DNA of 64,000 nucleotides from Phallusia mammillata (Eukaryota). Below are positions 46,584 to 57,421 of this stretch, piece after piece. Positions within the stretch are counted from its first letter, which is position 1. Each line of letters starts with the position of its first letter. A model generated the notes under the pieces. It saw nothing but the letters and a program-made list of their open reading frames with translations, was not told where the DNA came from and ran no database searches. Both the position numbers and the translations under genes were made by a program. The stretch spans positions 1,116,001-1,180,000 of the forward strand of contig OZ281497.1 of assembly GCA_965637545.1 (NCBI GenBank). The letters run 5' to 3'.

Positions 46584-47139
46584 GAAACTTCCGTCAAAAC
46601 TTTTTCTGCCGCAGAACGTCGTCACTATCGGGTAATCCCCAAACAGTTACGCACCGGTGCTTTTCATACTGGTCACTCAAGCGTTAAAGAAATAAAGTTA
46701 AATTATGTTCTTTTTAATCAAGTTAATTAAAGTTAAAAAATTACCGGCTTTTCTAAATTATGCAAAAGTATAAAAATACAAAACTTTTGAATTTAAATTG
46801 AGAAAGTTTAACAAAACCGAATGCCGCATGTAAGCAAGGTACAACACCAAATTTCCCAATCTAACATGTTTTTTATTCATCCATTTACAATGTATTAAAC
46901 GTTTACCATAAGTTTTACTCTTGTGTTGCTTTTAAATAATTGTTCATTTATGCAGTAATTAACTAAATTGTCTTTTTTATGCTTTTTGTAATCTTATTTT
47001 TTTATTCTACAAATGTTTCACGTTTTGCTATTTTGCCTTAAATACAGTCTTTCGTTTTTTCTCTAAATACAAGCGCATTCTGATGATTAATCTGACATAT
47101 GGTTCCTTTGATTTGGTGAGTAGAGTACTGAGTAGAAAA
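46584..47139. promoter_or_regulatory. Probable bidirectional promoter region, SELENOO / CBLL1
   Basis: Head-to-head start codons about 555 bp apart, with a CpG patch at 46600-46690. Confidence 0.55.
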
Positions 47140-48905
47140 ATGGATCCTGCTGCAAACAAAAAGCGGCGATATCAGAAGAATAATCACAACGAAAATTACC
47201 ACCCAAGATACCGAAAACATTCAAGAGATTGGAATTGGAGATCGGACTCAGGTGCTTTGCTAAGAAACTACTTTTTTCATCCTTTTTGACACTGTTAAAT
47301 GTACTTTCATTTACAATTATTGACAGCGTAAGTGTCCTCTTAATTAAGTAACACGCCACATAAACACACTACCTTCATTTAATTTTTTTAACATGTGGTA
47401 AACGGTTGTTATTGATATTTTCGTAACTAAATCATGTTCTACTGCTAATCACAAGTGATGGACTTTCACATAGTGTTGTTGTAACGTTGCTTGGCAATTT
47501 TGGGGTGCAATGGGAATATGGGATCTTTGTGTTTTCATTCTTCATCTAAAGTAACCTTAACTATGTGATGTACCTTGTCACCTATCAGGTGTTTTTACTC
47601 AGATAACTTTCGTGATGGGAACCGATATCACAACACCAACCGACCACCAGGAGGCGGTAGTCATGAAGGTGGAAGGCAGCAATTCACTGATTCAAATCCA
47701 TTTTCATGTGATATACAGGTACTTAGGCAAGTGGTGGTAAATTTTGCATAACAGTTGTTTATCAATTTAACTTTAAGTATGGTATAATATTACTGTCTGT
47801 TGTCCTTCACATAAGGTATATTTAATATTACTTATGTTGTTTTTGTAGATTCATTTGATTGGAAGAAAGATGAAGGATCCAATGATTCATGTTTGTGAGA
47901 CTTGTTCACTGCCGATCAGAAGTTATGGAAGAATGGTAATTGATAATAACTTTGCTTTGTTCTGTGTTTTTACATGTACAAATCACTTTGTTGCTTGTTG
48001 CAGATTCCATGCAAACATGTGTTTTGTTTTTCGTGTGCAAAGAAAACTGACAACAATTGTCCAAGGTTGGTAATCACTAAACATAATATCAAAAATGTTA
48101 GTTTAAACCTATATGATGTAGCTGCAACAAGTTTAGCCATTATCCACCAATTGTTCTCTTTACTGTTTTGTGCTCCATAATGTTTCAATACTGTGTAGCT
48201 ATTTCTGGCTTGGTTTTTATACTCTTAGTTTTAGTGCTACTGCTATTATATTGCTATGTTTTCTTTCACTAAGCGAAACAAACTCAATGTACCATGTTTA
48301 TTTAGTGGATTATGATGTAACAACATTATTGGAAATAGTAAAACATTTCCATTTATACATAAAACTTGCGTCTATGTTGATATTCATTTTTTTGCAGATG
48401 CAAAGATAGTGTTCAGCGAATCGAGCAATGTCCATTGGGCAGCGTGTGGCTTTGTTCGGTGACAAATTCATGCAAACGAACTTATCTCTCTCAGCGGGAT
48501 CTACAGGCACACATGGACCACAGACACAAACCAGTAAACCCCGTCGTTCCTCACCCACTTGTGCTGCCCCCAGCCAGTGTTGTAGGGTCCCACCCACCCA
48601 TAACAGTCCCTCCTCCTCCTCTCATTCCACGGGCTGACCCATTTATGATGGTCTCTGCTCCACCAAGCTCTGCAGCTCCTGTTGTTTCTATGCCTGTCTG
48701 TCTGCCGTCTACTGTGACAGAATCAACTGCCAATCCACGGCCAAGCAGTAACTTAATAACAATCCAGATACAAGATAGCCAGGCAAACCCCCAGCCGGCT
48801 AACAGCTTTCCGCCTCCCCCACCCCCGAGACGACCCCTTAATCAACCCCAGCTTATACCCCCTCAAAACCCCCATGTACCAAGCTCACAGCAACAACGAT
48901 TTTAA
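47140..48905 (+). CDS. CBLL1: E3 ubiquitin ligase Hakai (RING + C2H2 HYB domain; m6A writer accessory subunit), about 294 aa
   Basis: Exons 47140-47251, 47603-47718, 47849-47935, 48004-48065, 48398-48905. Motifs [29 protein letters not shown] and [19 protein letters not shown], followed by a Pro-rich tail. The start codon choice is less certain than the rest. Confidence 0.93.
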
Positions 48906-49289
48906 ATTTTGTGCAAATGGGAAAAATAGAACTTGCTTGCTGGCCTTTGAGAACCACTCATTAAATGTTGTGTTTGTATTGATAAAGTAGAAATATTTTT
49001 TGACAAAAATGCTCATAATAAACCAGCAACTACTTTGTTACGCAATAACTACAGGTTTCAATGATTGTGTTCATTTAATAAAACAGCAACTGGCAACTTG
49101 CAGTTGATTGACTTGACTGAAACCAGTGTAATAGAGGTAAACATTGGACAGCACTGTTAGACATTCAAAAGCTCCTTTCTGTTCTTCATATTTGAGAAGC
49201 ATTTAAAAGTGTGCATTCAAGACAACGTGAGTAGTATCCAGTGCATTCAATCTTAACTTGTTTTCCACATGAAAACATTGTGCATTACA

Positions 49290-51044
49290 TCAGTAGTAAT
49301 CCGTCTTTTCTCCACTGTCATCCAGGCAATATGCATTCTTCACAGTAATATCTTGCACTGGTCGATCTTGTTGCGTCACCTCAACCATGCCGATCATTCT
49401 AATAATTTTCAAACCTTTGCTTATTCGTCCAAATATGCTGTGTTTTCCTGTGAGAATAATCAACAACGCAAATAAATTTTGATACAAACTTGCAAATGCA
49501 AAAGCCCTAAATAACTGTATATGAAAGGCTGAAAAGTAATACAGACAAATAGTGATGGGACGAGTACCCGGTACTTGGTATCGAACGATTTCAGTGGTAT
49601 CGCTACTCGTACTCGGTATCGAAATATTTTGTCTCAGTTTTCGATACCAACGTGCGAGTACCGGAGGCCGATTTACACCATAAGAATACAGGAAACTTTA
49701 TGCCAATATTTGCTTCGGACAGGTCAAAAAAAAAGTTCCGCCAGTTTACATATATATATCTTCTTTGCTATCATGTGGAGATTACATTTTTCGGCATGTG
49801 TGTCCCCCCCCCCCCCAACCATGGCAGATAAATTAGCCAATGATATACAACTAAGTACAACACTACACTTAAGTACTCTGTAATTGTACTCGGTATCGAA
49901 GGTATATACATGTGGTACTCGTACTCGCTTCAAAACCTGGTATCGCCCCATCACCAGTAATACAAGTAGGCTACACAAATAAAACAGACAAATACAGTCA
50001 GGTTTTGAAAAAATAGCTGGTCAGATGCATAAAAAGCTAACAAGCTTGCCAAATTGGACATGGGATTAACCATACTCATCTTTATTAACATTGTACCCAA
50101 CTTTCCAACAACAGATAACTCATCTTACCATCCAGCCACTGTGTTGGAGCAAGAGTGATGAAAAACTGACTTCCATTGGTATCGGGACCAGAGTTTGCCA
50201 TCGACAAAATTCCTGCCCCAGTATGCTTAAGTTCTTTGTGGATTTCGTCTTTAAATCTTGGCCCATATATTGAAGCACCTCCCCGACCTATAACAGGAAC
50301 AATATTTTCTCTCAATTACGATCTTGTTGGGGCCTTTTGGTTTTAAGTTTCGTTAGGAGCTCATTACATCATTGCACAATATAGTATTGCTGTTCTGAAT
50401 AGTATCTGGTCTCTGGGTGTTACAGGAATACAACATTTCGTTCATCACTTTTTTCTAAAGCAAACTGCTGAAAATGCTAAATTATGACCAATATTTTACT
50501 TATTAATTTTCAAAGCCTTGCATTTGAGTCGGTTTGCATGTAGCATGTATACCTGGACAGGAAATACATCATTACCTGTGCCAGTAGGATCTCCTCCTTG
50601 AATCATGAAGTCAGGAATGATTCTGTGAAACTTGGTATTGTTGTAAAAGCCTCTGCGACAAAGTTCAGCGAAGTTGGAACAGGTTTTGGGGGCATGATTC
50701 CAGTACAACTCAATTTCAACAGATCCCATTCTATAAAAGGAAAAAAATGTATCAAACTTATACCAACTTAGCATAATTTAAATGGATAACGAAAGTAACA
50801 TTTTAGGGCTGTCATAAGCTAAAAATTATTGATAAACTAAAAATTATTGATAACCTAGTCCTATTCAAAAATTCTCTTTAATGAAAATTTGTAAGTAAAG
50901 TCAGTAAAAATTGGTAAATAAATTACAGGTAATTACGGGCAGCTTCATTAACTAAGTTTATTACTTTTTTAAAATAAAAAATACTTACGACGTTTGCATG
51001 ACAACATTTGGTGGCCTCCAAGTTGTAGGCGGGATTCCTGTCAT
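49290..51044 (-). CDS. PPIL1: Peptidyl-prolyl cis-trans isomerase-like 1 (spliceosomal cyclophilin), 175 aa
   Basis: Exons 51044-50989, 50730-50576, 50287-50129, 49447-49290. Sequence [80 protein letters not shown]. Confidence 0.96.
49550..49956. mobile_element. MITE in PPIL1 intron 3
   Basis: Imperfect TIRs tagtgatggg / cccatcacca and many internal GGTAC/GGTATCG/GAGTAC inverted subrepeats. Confidence 0.7.
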
Positions 51045-51430
51045 GTTTTTGTTTTATTTCCTAGCAAGTAGCTACAAGAATTCACTGTATTTTGTTAAAC
51101 TTTCATCAAAACAAAACACGTACAGTTTGATTAATAAGATTTCTTACGCACTTCTCTCTTTTTTCGTTTGCTTTTTTCGCGCTTAGCACGTGTTGTGCTT
51201 CACGCATCACTGCACACGCACTGTAATGGTTTTTAGCATTGTTGACATTTGGATCAAGAAATCCTTGTGCAAAGTGCAACGTACGGGTTTTAATCAGAAA
51301 AGAATGCTTAGTCACTGTCAAGCCTAGTAAATAATATATTTTTTATCTAAAATTTTGAAGGTGTGAACCGCAAAACTGAATAACTAATAATTGTCAGTTG
51401 AATTTGATTGTTTGCAAAAAGTATTTTAAG
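51045..51430. promoter_or_regulatory. Probable bidirectional promoter region, PPIL1 / HSD17B10 cluster
   Basis: Head-to-head start codons 386 bp apart, with a CpG patch containing a CACGTG at about 51187. Confidence 0.55.
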
Positions 51431-52210
51431 ATGGCAAGAATGTTGAAGGAAATGGTTGGTTTGGTAACTGGGGGCGCCTCCGGTTTGGGAAGAGCAACCG
51501 TTGATCGTTTGGTGAGAAACGGAGTCAAAACTGTGATGTTTGATCTTCCATCTTCAGGAGGAGCGGAAGAATCAGCAAAAATTCACAAAGAAAATTGTGT
51601 GTTCTGTCCGGGCGATGTAACAAGTCCAGAAGACGTGCAGAAAGCTCTGGACATTTGCCAAGAAAAATGGGGGAAACTCAATGTTTTGGTGAACTGTGCT
51701 GGAATTGGAATCGCTAAAAAAACTTTCAGCTCGGCGAGGAATCAAGTTCATTCCTTGGATGATTTCGATCAAGTGTTGAACGTCAACGTATGTGGCACTT
51801 TTAATGTTATTCGTCTTGCTGCAAGAATGATGGCAAACGGAGAAATGGGTCCAGATTTTGAACGAGGTGTGATTATTAATACTGCAAGTGTGGCAGCGTT
51901 TGAGGGACAGATAGGACAGGCAGCATACAGCGCAAGTAAAGGAGCGATTGTTGGCATGACTCTCCCCATTGCCAGGGACCTTTCAAGCTGTGGCATTCGG
52001 GTAATGACGATTGCACCTGGACTATTTGAAACTCCACTGCTTGGAAAATTGCCAGCAAAAGTAAAGGAGGAACTCGGAAAACAGTCACCATTTCCTAATC
52101 GACTCGGCAACCCGGATGAATATGCTCATCTTGTAGAAACAATTATTGAAAACCAAATGTTAAATGGTGAAGTTATTAGATTGGACGCTGCTATCCGAAT
52201 GCAGCCATAA
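51431..52210 (+). CDS. HSD17B10: 3-hydroxyacyl-CoA dehydrogenase type 2 / 17-beta-HSD10 (canonical copy), 259 aa, intronless
   Basis: Motifs [36 protein letters not shown] and [10 protein letters not shown]. It ends IRMQP like the human enzyme. The ATG at 51431 follows an acceptor (tttaag); the longer TTG start in the ORF track is unlikely. Confidence 0.95.
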   Translation: MARMLKEMVGLVTGGASGLGRATVDRLVRNGVKTVMFDLPSSGGAEESAKIHKENCVFCPGDVTSPEDVQKALDICQEKWGKLNVLVNCAGIGIAKKTFSSARNQVHSLDDFDQVLNVNVCGTFNVIRLAARMMANGEMGPDFERGVIINTASVAAFEGQIGQAAYSASKGAIVGMTLPIARDLSSCGIRVMTIAPGLFETPLLGKLPAKVKEELGKQSPFPNRLGNPDEYAHLVETIIENQMLNGEVIRLDAAIRMQP

Positions 52211-52542
52211 CTAACTTTGTAAAATAGCGTTGGTAATGATGTAAAGTGACAATGCCAAAGTTTACCTTAATTGGGTTTTGAAACATCACAACGACAATTT
52301 AAACTCACACACACTGTATTTGATTGAAAATGTTTATATGTCAGTAAACTTAAACATGTATCAAACATTTGTATGTATGTTAACTTAATATTTAACTGTG
52401 TGTGATTGCTATTTTAAGTAGTACCAATGAAATACCAAAGTATTAGAATCAATGCCCTTCATAATCTTCATTGCTTAGTGTAGTAAATAATTCCTTTTAA
52501 ATTGTATCTTACAGGTGTATGTTAAGCAACACATGAGATAAA

Positions 52543-53361
52543 ATGATTGATTTAAAAGGTAAAGTTGCACTTGTTACTGGTGGAGCATCTGGTTTGGGCA
52601 AAGCCACCGTTCAACGTTTGATCAACAATGGATGTAAAGTTGCAATTCTCGATCTACCGGGTTCGGCTGGTGAAAAAGTTGCCGCACGAATTGGTTTGCA
52701 TGTGTGTATGTTTTGTCCGTGCGATGTTACATCTGTGAAAGATGTTGAAAATGCAATGGATCAGATTATCACTCACTGGGGTCAATTGGATATTGCTGTC
52801 AATTGTGCTGGAGTCTTTGCACCTCGCGCTATGTACAATGATCGTACTAAAGAAACCTTATCTCTTGAATCTTTTCAGAAAACTATTGATGTAAACTTAA
52901 ACGGAACATTCAATGTTTGTCGATTGGCTGCAAAGGAAATGGCAAAGAACATGCCAGGACCGAGTGGTGAACGAGGAATTATCATAACCACTGCTAGCAT
53001 TGCTGCAACTGATGGAGCAATGGGTTCAGTTGGTTATGGTGGTGCTAAAGGTGGAGTCGCAAGTATGACCTTGCCAATGGCCCGCGACCTTGCTGTGTGT
53101 GGCATCAGAGTTGTAGCCATCTCACCTGGAGTTTTCAACACACCAATGGCCGATGTCCTGCCGAAAAAAGCCCACCTCCGGACTATGGAGGATATAGTGT
53201 TTCCACAGCGACTCGGTCAACCTGATGAATTTGCTCATGTTGTTCAGTTGATTGCTGAAAATCAAATGTTAAATGCCTGCATAATTCGACTCGATGCTGG
53301 TTTGCGAAATCAGGCTGGAAACAGAAAAACGGTTAAAGAAATACCAAATAACAAATTGTAG
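52543..53361 (+). CDS. HSD17B10-like SDR paralog 2, 272 aa, ends -NKL
   Basis: Intact ORF with TGGASGLG, S and YGGAK, plus a C-terminal extension. Confidence 0.92.
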   Translation: MIDLKGKVALVTGGASGLGKATVQRLINNGCKVAILDLPGSAGEKVAARIGLHVCMFCPCDVTSVKDVENAMDQIITHWGQLDIAVNCAGVFAPRAMYNDRTKETLSLESFQKTIDVNLNGTFNVCRLAAKEMAKNMPGPSGERGIIITTASIAATDGAMGSVGYGGAKGGVASMTLPMARDLAVCGIRVVAISPGVFNTPMADVLPKKAHLRTMEDIVFPQRLGQPDEFAHVVQLIAENQMLNACIIRLDAGLRNQAGNRKTVKEIPNNKL

Positions 53362-53859
53362 TTCCTTTTGTGAAAGTAAATGATTTTAATAATTTGTTAG
53401 TTTCTTTTGATAAACATTTATTATGTCTTTATTACTAATAGTGTTGAATGCTTTGACATAAGTATTTTAATTTATTTAATTTTTTATTCGTTTTTTAATT
53501 CCACTGTTTTTTAGTTTTCTGGTGAATATGTTCGTATACTTTTATGGGGAATTTTATTTTAAAAGTTGCAATTTTTGCAACAGAGTGAATTGGGCCATCT
53601 TTTTCATTTGGCTTACATCCTTAAAAGTTACTGCACTGCTTTGTAAATGGGAATTGGACTTATAGTGTGTTTTAAATTTATTCAGTGGCTCACAGAACTA
53701 AAGATTTTTTCACCATGGTGCAATTTTAACTTTTTTATATCTTGTCTTGAACCAAGCTTAAGTGTTTAAAACTTTTTTTGCAAAGATATAATAGTTCTAT
53801 TTCTAATCCTTACAGATTTTTGTCAAGATCTGTGAAACTATTAACCAATAAACTTCAAA

Positions 53860-54687
53860 ATGATTGAGTTAAAAGGTAAAGTTGCACTTGTTACTGGTGG
53901 AGCATCTGGTTTGGGCAAAGCCACCGCTCAACGTTTGATCAACAATGGATGTAAAGTTGCAATTCTCGATCTACCGAGTTCGGCTGGTGAAAAAGTTGCC
54001 ACACAAATTGGTTTGCATGTGTGTATGTTTTGTCCGTGCGATGTTACATCTGTGAAAGATGTTGAAAATGCAATGGATCAGATTGTCACTCACTGGGGTC
54101 GTTTGGATATCGCTGTTAACTGTGCTGGAATGGCTGCATTACCCCAACGAATCTACCACGGCCTGACAAAGGAAGTTTATCCACTAAGTGAATTTGAGAG
54201 AAATGTGAATGTGAATTTAAATGGAACTTTTAATGTCTGTCGATTGGCAGCAAAGGAGATGGCAAAAAATCCCCCTGGTCCTAGTGGTGAACGAGGAGTG
54301 ATTGTAAACACTGCTAGTATTGCAGCTTATGATGGTCAGATCGGAACATTACCTTACAGTGCAGCTAAAGGTGGTGTTGCAAGTATGACCTTGCCAATGG
54401 CTCGTGACCTTGCTGTGTGTGGGATCCGAGTTATCGCTGTGGCCCCTGGTAGTTTTGACACGCCCATGGCACAGGCTGGTAGCGAAAAGTCTAAAATACG
54501 GAATACGGAGGATATAGTGTTTCCTCGGCGATACGGGCAGCCTGACGAGTTTGCCCACTTGGTTCAATCCAGTGTTGAGAACCAAATGTTAAATGGTTGT
54601 GTTATTCGTATTGATGGTGGTCAGCGCTTGCAGATCGGTGATCGAAAAACTCAGAAAGAAATGACTCTGATGAAAAGCAAGTTGTAG
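53860..54687 (+). CDS. HSD17B10-like SDR paralog 3, 275 aa, ends -SKL
   Basis: Intact ORF with [12 protein letters not shown] and YSAAK, plus a C-terminal extension. Confidence 0.92.
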   Translation: MIELKGKVALVTGGASGLGKATAQRLINNGCKVAILDLPSSAGEKVATQIGLHVCMFCPCDVTSVKDVENAMDQIVTHWGRLDIAVNCAGMAALPQRIYHGLTKEVYPLSEFERNVNVNLNGTFNVCRLAAKEMAKNPPGPSGERGVIVNTASIAAYDGQIGTLPYSAAKGGVASMTLPMARDLAVCGIRVIAVAPGSFDTPMAQAGSEKSKIRNTEDIVFPRRYGQPDEFAHLVQSSVENQMLNGCVIRIDGGQRLQIGDRKTQKEMTLMKSKL

Positions 54688-55004
54688 GCAAACCAGCTAA
54701 CAAATTATAAAAAATATATTAATGTTATATATATATGCATTCAATTTCTTTCTTGATTTTACATTGGCTATCTGCAGTATTGTGATGCGTTATGTGTGTG
54801 TTAAGAATTTGTAATTATGCCAAAGTTGTTCACTATACTGCAACATTTTGTTTTGTTCTACTATTCCAGGTTCAGTATATATAATCATTTTTGTGATTTT
54901 TCTCATTTGTTTTTTTTTTCTGTCGAATTTTGCAATCTCATTTTGATTTCTGTTGTAATTTTATTCTTTAGTAGATTAGCAAATAGGAAGCACTGGCCCT
55001 AAAA

Positions 55005-55817
55005 ATGATTGATTTAAAAGGTAAAGTTGCACTTGTTACTGGTGGAGCATCTGGTTTGGGCAAAGCCACCGTTCAACGTTTGATCAACAATGGATGTATA
55101 GTTGCAATTCTCGATCTACCGAGCTCGGCTGGTGAAAAAGTTGCCACACAAATTGGTTTGCATGTGTGTATGTTTTGTCCGTGCGATGTTACGTCTGTGA
55201 AAGATGTTGAAAATGCAATGGATCAGATTATTACTCACTGGGGTCAATTGGATATTGCTGTCAATTGTGCAGGATTTGCGTTTGCAAAGAGAACATACAA
55301 TGCAAAATCTGGTCGCCCACACAGTTTGGAAACGTTTCAACATTGTGTTAATGTTCATTTGCTGGGAACATTTAATGTTTGTCGATTGGCTGCAAAGGAA
55401 ATGGCTAAAAACAAACATGGTCCAAGTGGCGAGAGAGGAGTAATCATAAACACTTCAAGTGTCATGGCACTGGATGGACAGCTTGGCCTTGTAGCATATT
55501 GCTCTGCTAAAGGTGGAATTGCTAGCATGACCTTGCCAATGGCTCGCGATCTTGCTCAATGTGGTATCAGGGTCGTCACAATTGCAGCAGGATATTTCGA
55601 TACACCAATGACGTCCCATTTAACCAGCAGTCAGAGTACAGAAGCTTTGCAAGGAATAGCATTTCCATATCGCCCTGGTCATCCTGATGAGTTTGCACAC
55701 ATGGTGCAGGTTATTGCCGAGAATCAAATGTTAAATGCTTGTGTAATTCGACTTGATGCTGGTCAGAGGGTTCATCCCCCGGAAAAAGCACTCAGGCCTG
55801 TGGGCAGTAAACTGTAG
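55005..55817 (+). CDS. HSD17B10-like SDR paralog 4, 270 aa, ends -SKL
   Basis: Intact ORF with [12 protein letters not shown] and YCSAK, plus a C-terminal extension. Confidence 0.92.
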   Translation: MIDLKGKVALVTGGASGLGKATVQRLINNGCIVAILDLPSSAGEKVATQIGLHVCMFCPCDVTSVKDVENAMDQIITHWGQLDIAVNCAGFAFAKRTYNAKSGRPHSLETFQHCVNVHLLGTFNVCRLAAKEMAKNKHGPSGERGVIINTSSVMALDGQLGLVAYCSAKGGIASMTLPMARDLAQCGIRVVTIAAGYFDTPMTSHLTSSQSTEALQGIAFPYRPGHPDEFAHMVQVIAENQMLNACVIRLDAGQRVHPPEKALRPVGSKL

Positions 55818-56176
55818 AATTTGCGTAAATTATGACAAAACAAGCAGATAAGTATCAACGCAGGAGCTGATTTTGCTTTTTTAAGTGCACTGTATCTTGT
55901 TTACCTCTTCCAACGAACAATTTGTGAATGTATGAGATACCTCTGAATGTATTAGGTGTCAAATCATTTTAATCACTGAATTATGATTCATCACATAGAA
56001 AAGGTGTTGCATGTTTTGTTTGCATGTGATGTGATTTTTGCACTTGCGGAGATTAATAGAACAGGTTATTACAAGTTAATTACTTTCAATTGTTTTAGTG
56101 CAATATGCAATGATTGTTTTTTGTCCTAATAGAATCAATTGTGTTTAAACAACTTTGTATCAGGGTTTTGTTAAAA

Positions 56177-56986
56177 ATGAAGTTGTTAGGAAAGGTTGCC
56201 TTGGTAACTGGTGGTGCATCTGGGTTGGGTAAGGCCACAGCGTTAAGATTGGTGAAGAATGGCTGTTCGGTTGCTTTGTTTGACCTTCCAACCTCTCAAG
56301 GTCAAGAGGTCGCTGCACAAATTGATAATAAGAGATGCATGTTTGTTCCCGGGGATGTCACTTCACAAGACGATGTAAAAAAAGCGATTGCAGCTGTTAT
56401 GTTAAAGTGGAATCAAATCAACATTGCAGTTAACTGTGCAGGTGTTTTGGTCGCAGCAAAAACTTACAGTCCACGAAAGAAGACCGTACATTCTTTTGAT
56501 CTTTTCCGTAGAGTAATTGATATTCATATTAACGGTACATTTAATGTAAGCTCACTGTGTTCTAAAGAAATGGCAAAAAATGCTCCTGGACCTAGTGGTG
56601 AGCGTGGTGTCATCATTAACACATCCAGTGTTGCTGCTTTTGACGGCACCATGAGCTCGGCTGCTTACAGCGCAGCTAAGGGTGGAATTTCAAGTATGAC
56701 CTTGCCAATGGCTCGTGACCTTGCTGTTTGTGGGATTCGAGTTGTTGCCATCGCTCCCGGGTTGTTCAACACGGCCATGATCAATCAGATTTCGAAGCAG
56801 GGCCAGGAAAAAACCTTTGCTGATGTTTTGTTTCCACGACGATTCGGCAATCCTGAAGAGTTTGCTCATCTTGTTCAAACTGTCATTGAAAACGAAATGT
56901 TAAATGGGGAAGTTTTACGAATTGATGCCGGAATTCGAATGCAGTCGAGTGGTAAAAGAGTTGGACCTGTAAAAGCAAATTTGTAA
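56177..56986 (+). CDS. HSD17B10-like SDR paralog 5, 269 aa, ends -KANL
   Basis: ATG at 56177 ([18 protein letters not shown]), 13 nt after an acceptor; motif YSAAK; C-terminal extension. Confidence 0.92.
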   Translation: MKLLGKVALVTGGASGLGKATALRLVKNGCSVALFDLPTSQGQEVAAQIDNKRCMFVPGDVTSQDDVKKAIAAVMLKWNQINIAVNCAGVLVAAKTYSPRKKTVHSFDLFRRVIDIHINGTFNVSSLCSKEMAKNAPGPSGERGVIINTSSVAAFDGTMSSAAYSAAKGGISSMTLPMARDLAVCGIRVVAIAPGLFNTAMINQISKQGQEKTFADVLFPRRFGNPEEFAHLVQTVIENEMLNGEVLRIDAGIRMQSSGKRVGPVKANL

Positions 56987-57421
56987 ATTAGTTTCCTGTT
57001 CATTATTTTAGCCAAGATTCAGAAACAAATCTTGTATTTTACGCAAAATTGCGAATATTATATGTTAACATATACCCATTGTGCAAACTCATAATTATAT
57101 AATTTTTTTTGTGGATATATTTTATTTTTAGGTGTCAGTTATGTAATTGCAGAGACTTTTCAAAATCAGGTTTTATAATCACTTTTAAACTTTGTGTGTT
57201 GGAAATGTTTAGATCATGGAATGCACTTAGTGACAACGCCCCAAAAGTATTATTTGAGGCTTATTTTGTGTACGTTTTACTTGTTTTATAATCAACATTG
57301 GTTCTATGCATTTTTTGATTTTAAAAGTCTTTTAATTCCAACAGGTTTATCAAATAATTTGACCGAGTGTGACAAAAAAATTTAGTTAATTTGCTGATCA
57401 TAAATTGGTGAGATTACAAAC

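Noticed and set aside
51398-51430. Longer ORF-track starts for HSD copy 1 (51398) and copy 5 (56114)
   Set aside because: Non-ATG starts that run through splice-acceptor sequence. Homology begins at the ATGs at 51431 and 56177.
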